From: an uncultured delta proteobacterium
GTDB lineage: Bacteria; Desulfobacterota; Desulfobacteria; Desulfobacterales; B30-G6
Direction: 5' to 3'
NCBI GenBank assembly: GCA_963823335.1
Contig: CAWGLD010000001.1
Span: forward strand, 608,001 to 672,000
Length of the DNA stretch: 64,000 nt
Shown here: positions 62,965 to 64,000 of the stretch, in pieces
How positions within the stretch are numbered: the stretch's first letter is position 1
How the letters are laid out: every line of letters begins with the position of its first letter
The notes under the pieces: model-generated
Databases searched by the model: none
Told to the model about the DNA's origin: nothing
What the model saw: only the letters and a program-made list of their open reading frames with translations
Translations under genes and position numbers: made by a program

Positions 62965-63765
62965 CTATTGTCTGGGCAGCACCCTCACAACCGTTCGTTG
63001 AATCGTTTTTCCGTTCTTTAGATGATGGATCATCTGTTCTGTCCTGAGTCGTCCCTCTGCCGCATACTGAATACATTTTGGGTAAAGCCGCCACTCTTCT
63101 GCCAGACCTTTTTTTTGGATGGCATCGAGATCGTCTGTTTCTGCGATTTCGAAGAATGCCTGACCGATGATGGGACCTGTATCTTCCCCGTAGTCGACAA
63201 AATGAACCGTACATCCCCCCACCTTACAGCCATATCGGAACGTATCGCCGTATCCATCCACACCTGGAAATGCCGGCAACAGGGCCGGATGAATGTTCAT
63301 GATCCGTTGGGTACCCGGTGGATCATTGATCCTGTCGATGAAATAGGGTGTCAGTGTCCGCATAAATCCCGCCAGCACCAGCAGATCGAAGGGGTACAAT
63401 GCCAGATGCTCGAGAAGTCTGGCCTCCGCCTGTATTCGAGTTCGTAAAAAGGTGTTCAACTTTTCTGAATTCTGGTAGCGACCCGTGGCCATCATCGTGG
63501 AAAAAACATGGTCCATATCCAGATCCCGGATATGTCGAACATGCGGTGGGTCTGCTTTGACTTTTTGCGCAACGGCACCATAATCGACTGAAAACCATGG
63601 AATGCCATGCTGTCTCGCCCTTTCCAGGCCGGACGCCGCCGGGTTGTCCGACCCGACAAAAACAACCTTCCCATGGATGCCGCCGGAATCACAGGCGTCG
63701 ATGATGGCCTGCAGATTGGAACCGCCACCCGATATCAGCGCACCGATTTTGATTTTATTCCCCAT
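62965..63765 (-). CDS. purN: Phosphoribosylglycinamide formyltransferase
   Basis: ISGGGSNLQAII, VLAGFMR, NIHPALLPAFPG, GCTVHFVD..EDTGPII. Confidence 0.93.
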   Translation of the reverse strand: MGNKIKIGALISGGGSNLQAIIDACDSGGIHGKVVFVGSDNPAASGLERARQHGIPWFSVDYGAVAQKVKADPPHVRHIRDLDMDHVFSTMMATGRYQNSEKLNTFLRTRIQAEARLLEHLALYPFDLLVLAGFMRTLTPYFIDRINDPPGTQRIMNIHPALLPAFPGVDGYGDTFRYGCKVGGCTVHFVDYGEDTGPIIGQAFFEIAETDDLDAIQKKGLAEEWRLYPKCIQYAAEGRLRTEQMIHHLKNGKTIQRTVVRVLPRQ

Positions 63766-64000
63766 GCAACTCTCCAGAAGTAGAGGATTTTCAGTGTTAA
63801 TGTTACATATAACACCCATAACAAGATAAACAACCCATTTGATAATTCGGCTCCTCTCTGTCTGCGGGGTTATTTTATGATACCCTCTTTTTTCCGTAGC
63901 CGGTTCCGGGTTGTAGGTTGACATTGGGAAGACGACTTATTATATTTCAAAAATTCATCTGACTTTTATGATAGAAAGGAACCGATAACATGACTGAAGG

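Noticed and set aside
6340-62970. CRISPR array
   Set aside because: Repeats are dispersed or 7-8-nt periodic, with no constant repeat/unique spacer pattern and no cas genes.
1-64000. Selenoprotein in-frame TGA recoding
   Set aside because: I found no gene with a TGA at a Cys-equivalent position followed by continued homology.

Overview
Chromosomal window from an anaerobic deltaproteobacterium (Desulfobacterales-like, inferred from gene content and the tmRNA tag). The first ~5.9 kb is a decayed integration hotspot at the 3' end of a minus-strand tmRNA gene (ssrA, tag ADDYNYALAA). It holds repeated att-like copies of the ssrA 3' end, an integrase remnant, chimeric pseudogenes and a Fic gene. 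The rest is mostly housekeeping and metabolic genes interspersed with several families of small nested repeats and MITEs. Highlights: (1) a tetR-orf-mttB-mtbB operon in which both methylamine methyltransferases carry an in-frame TAG at the conserved pyrrolysine position, with no pyl, corrinoid-protein or ramA genes in the window, while TAG is still a common stop codon. mttB also ends in a second TAG whose read-through would stop in an ATGA overlap with mtbB. (2) Two adjacent aromatic-amino-acid operons, each with a ribosome-mediated attenuator and tandem terminators: a WWW leader for trpEGDCFBA and a YYYWFYY leader for aroF-aroB/aroE(fused)-aroC-aminotransferase-tyrA. (3) Filled and empty insertion sites of a TA-targeting MITE, both visible within the window.
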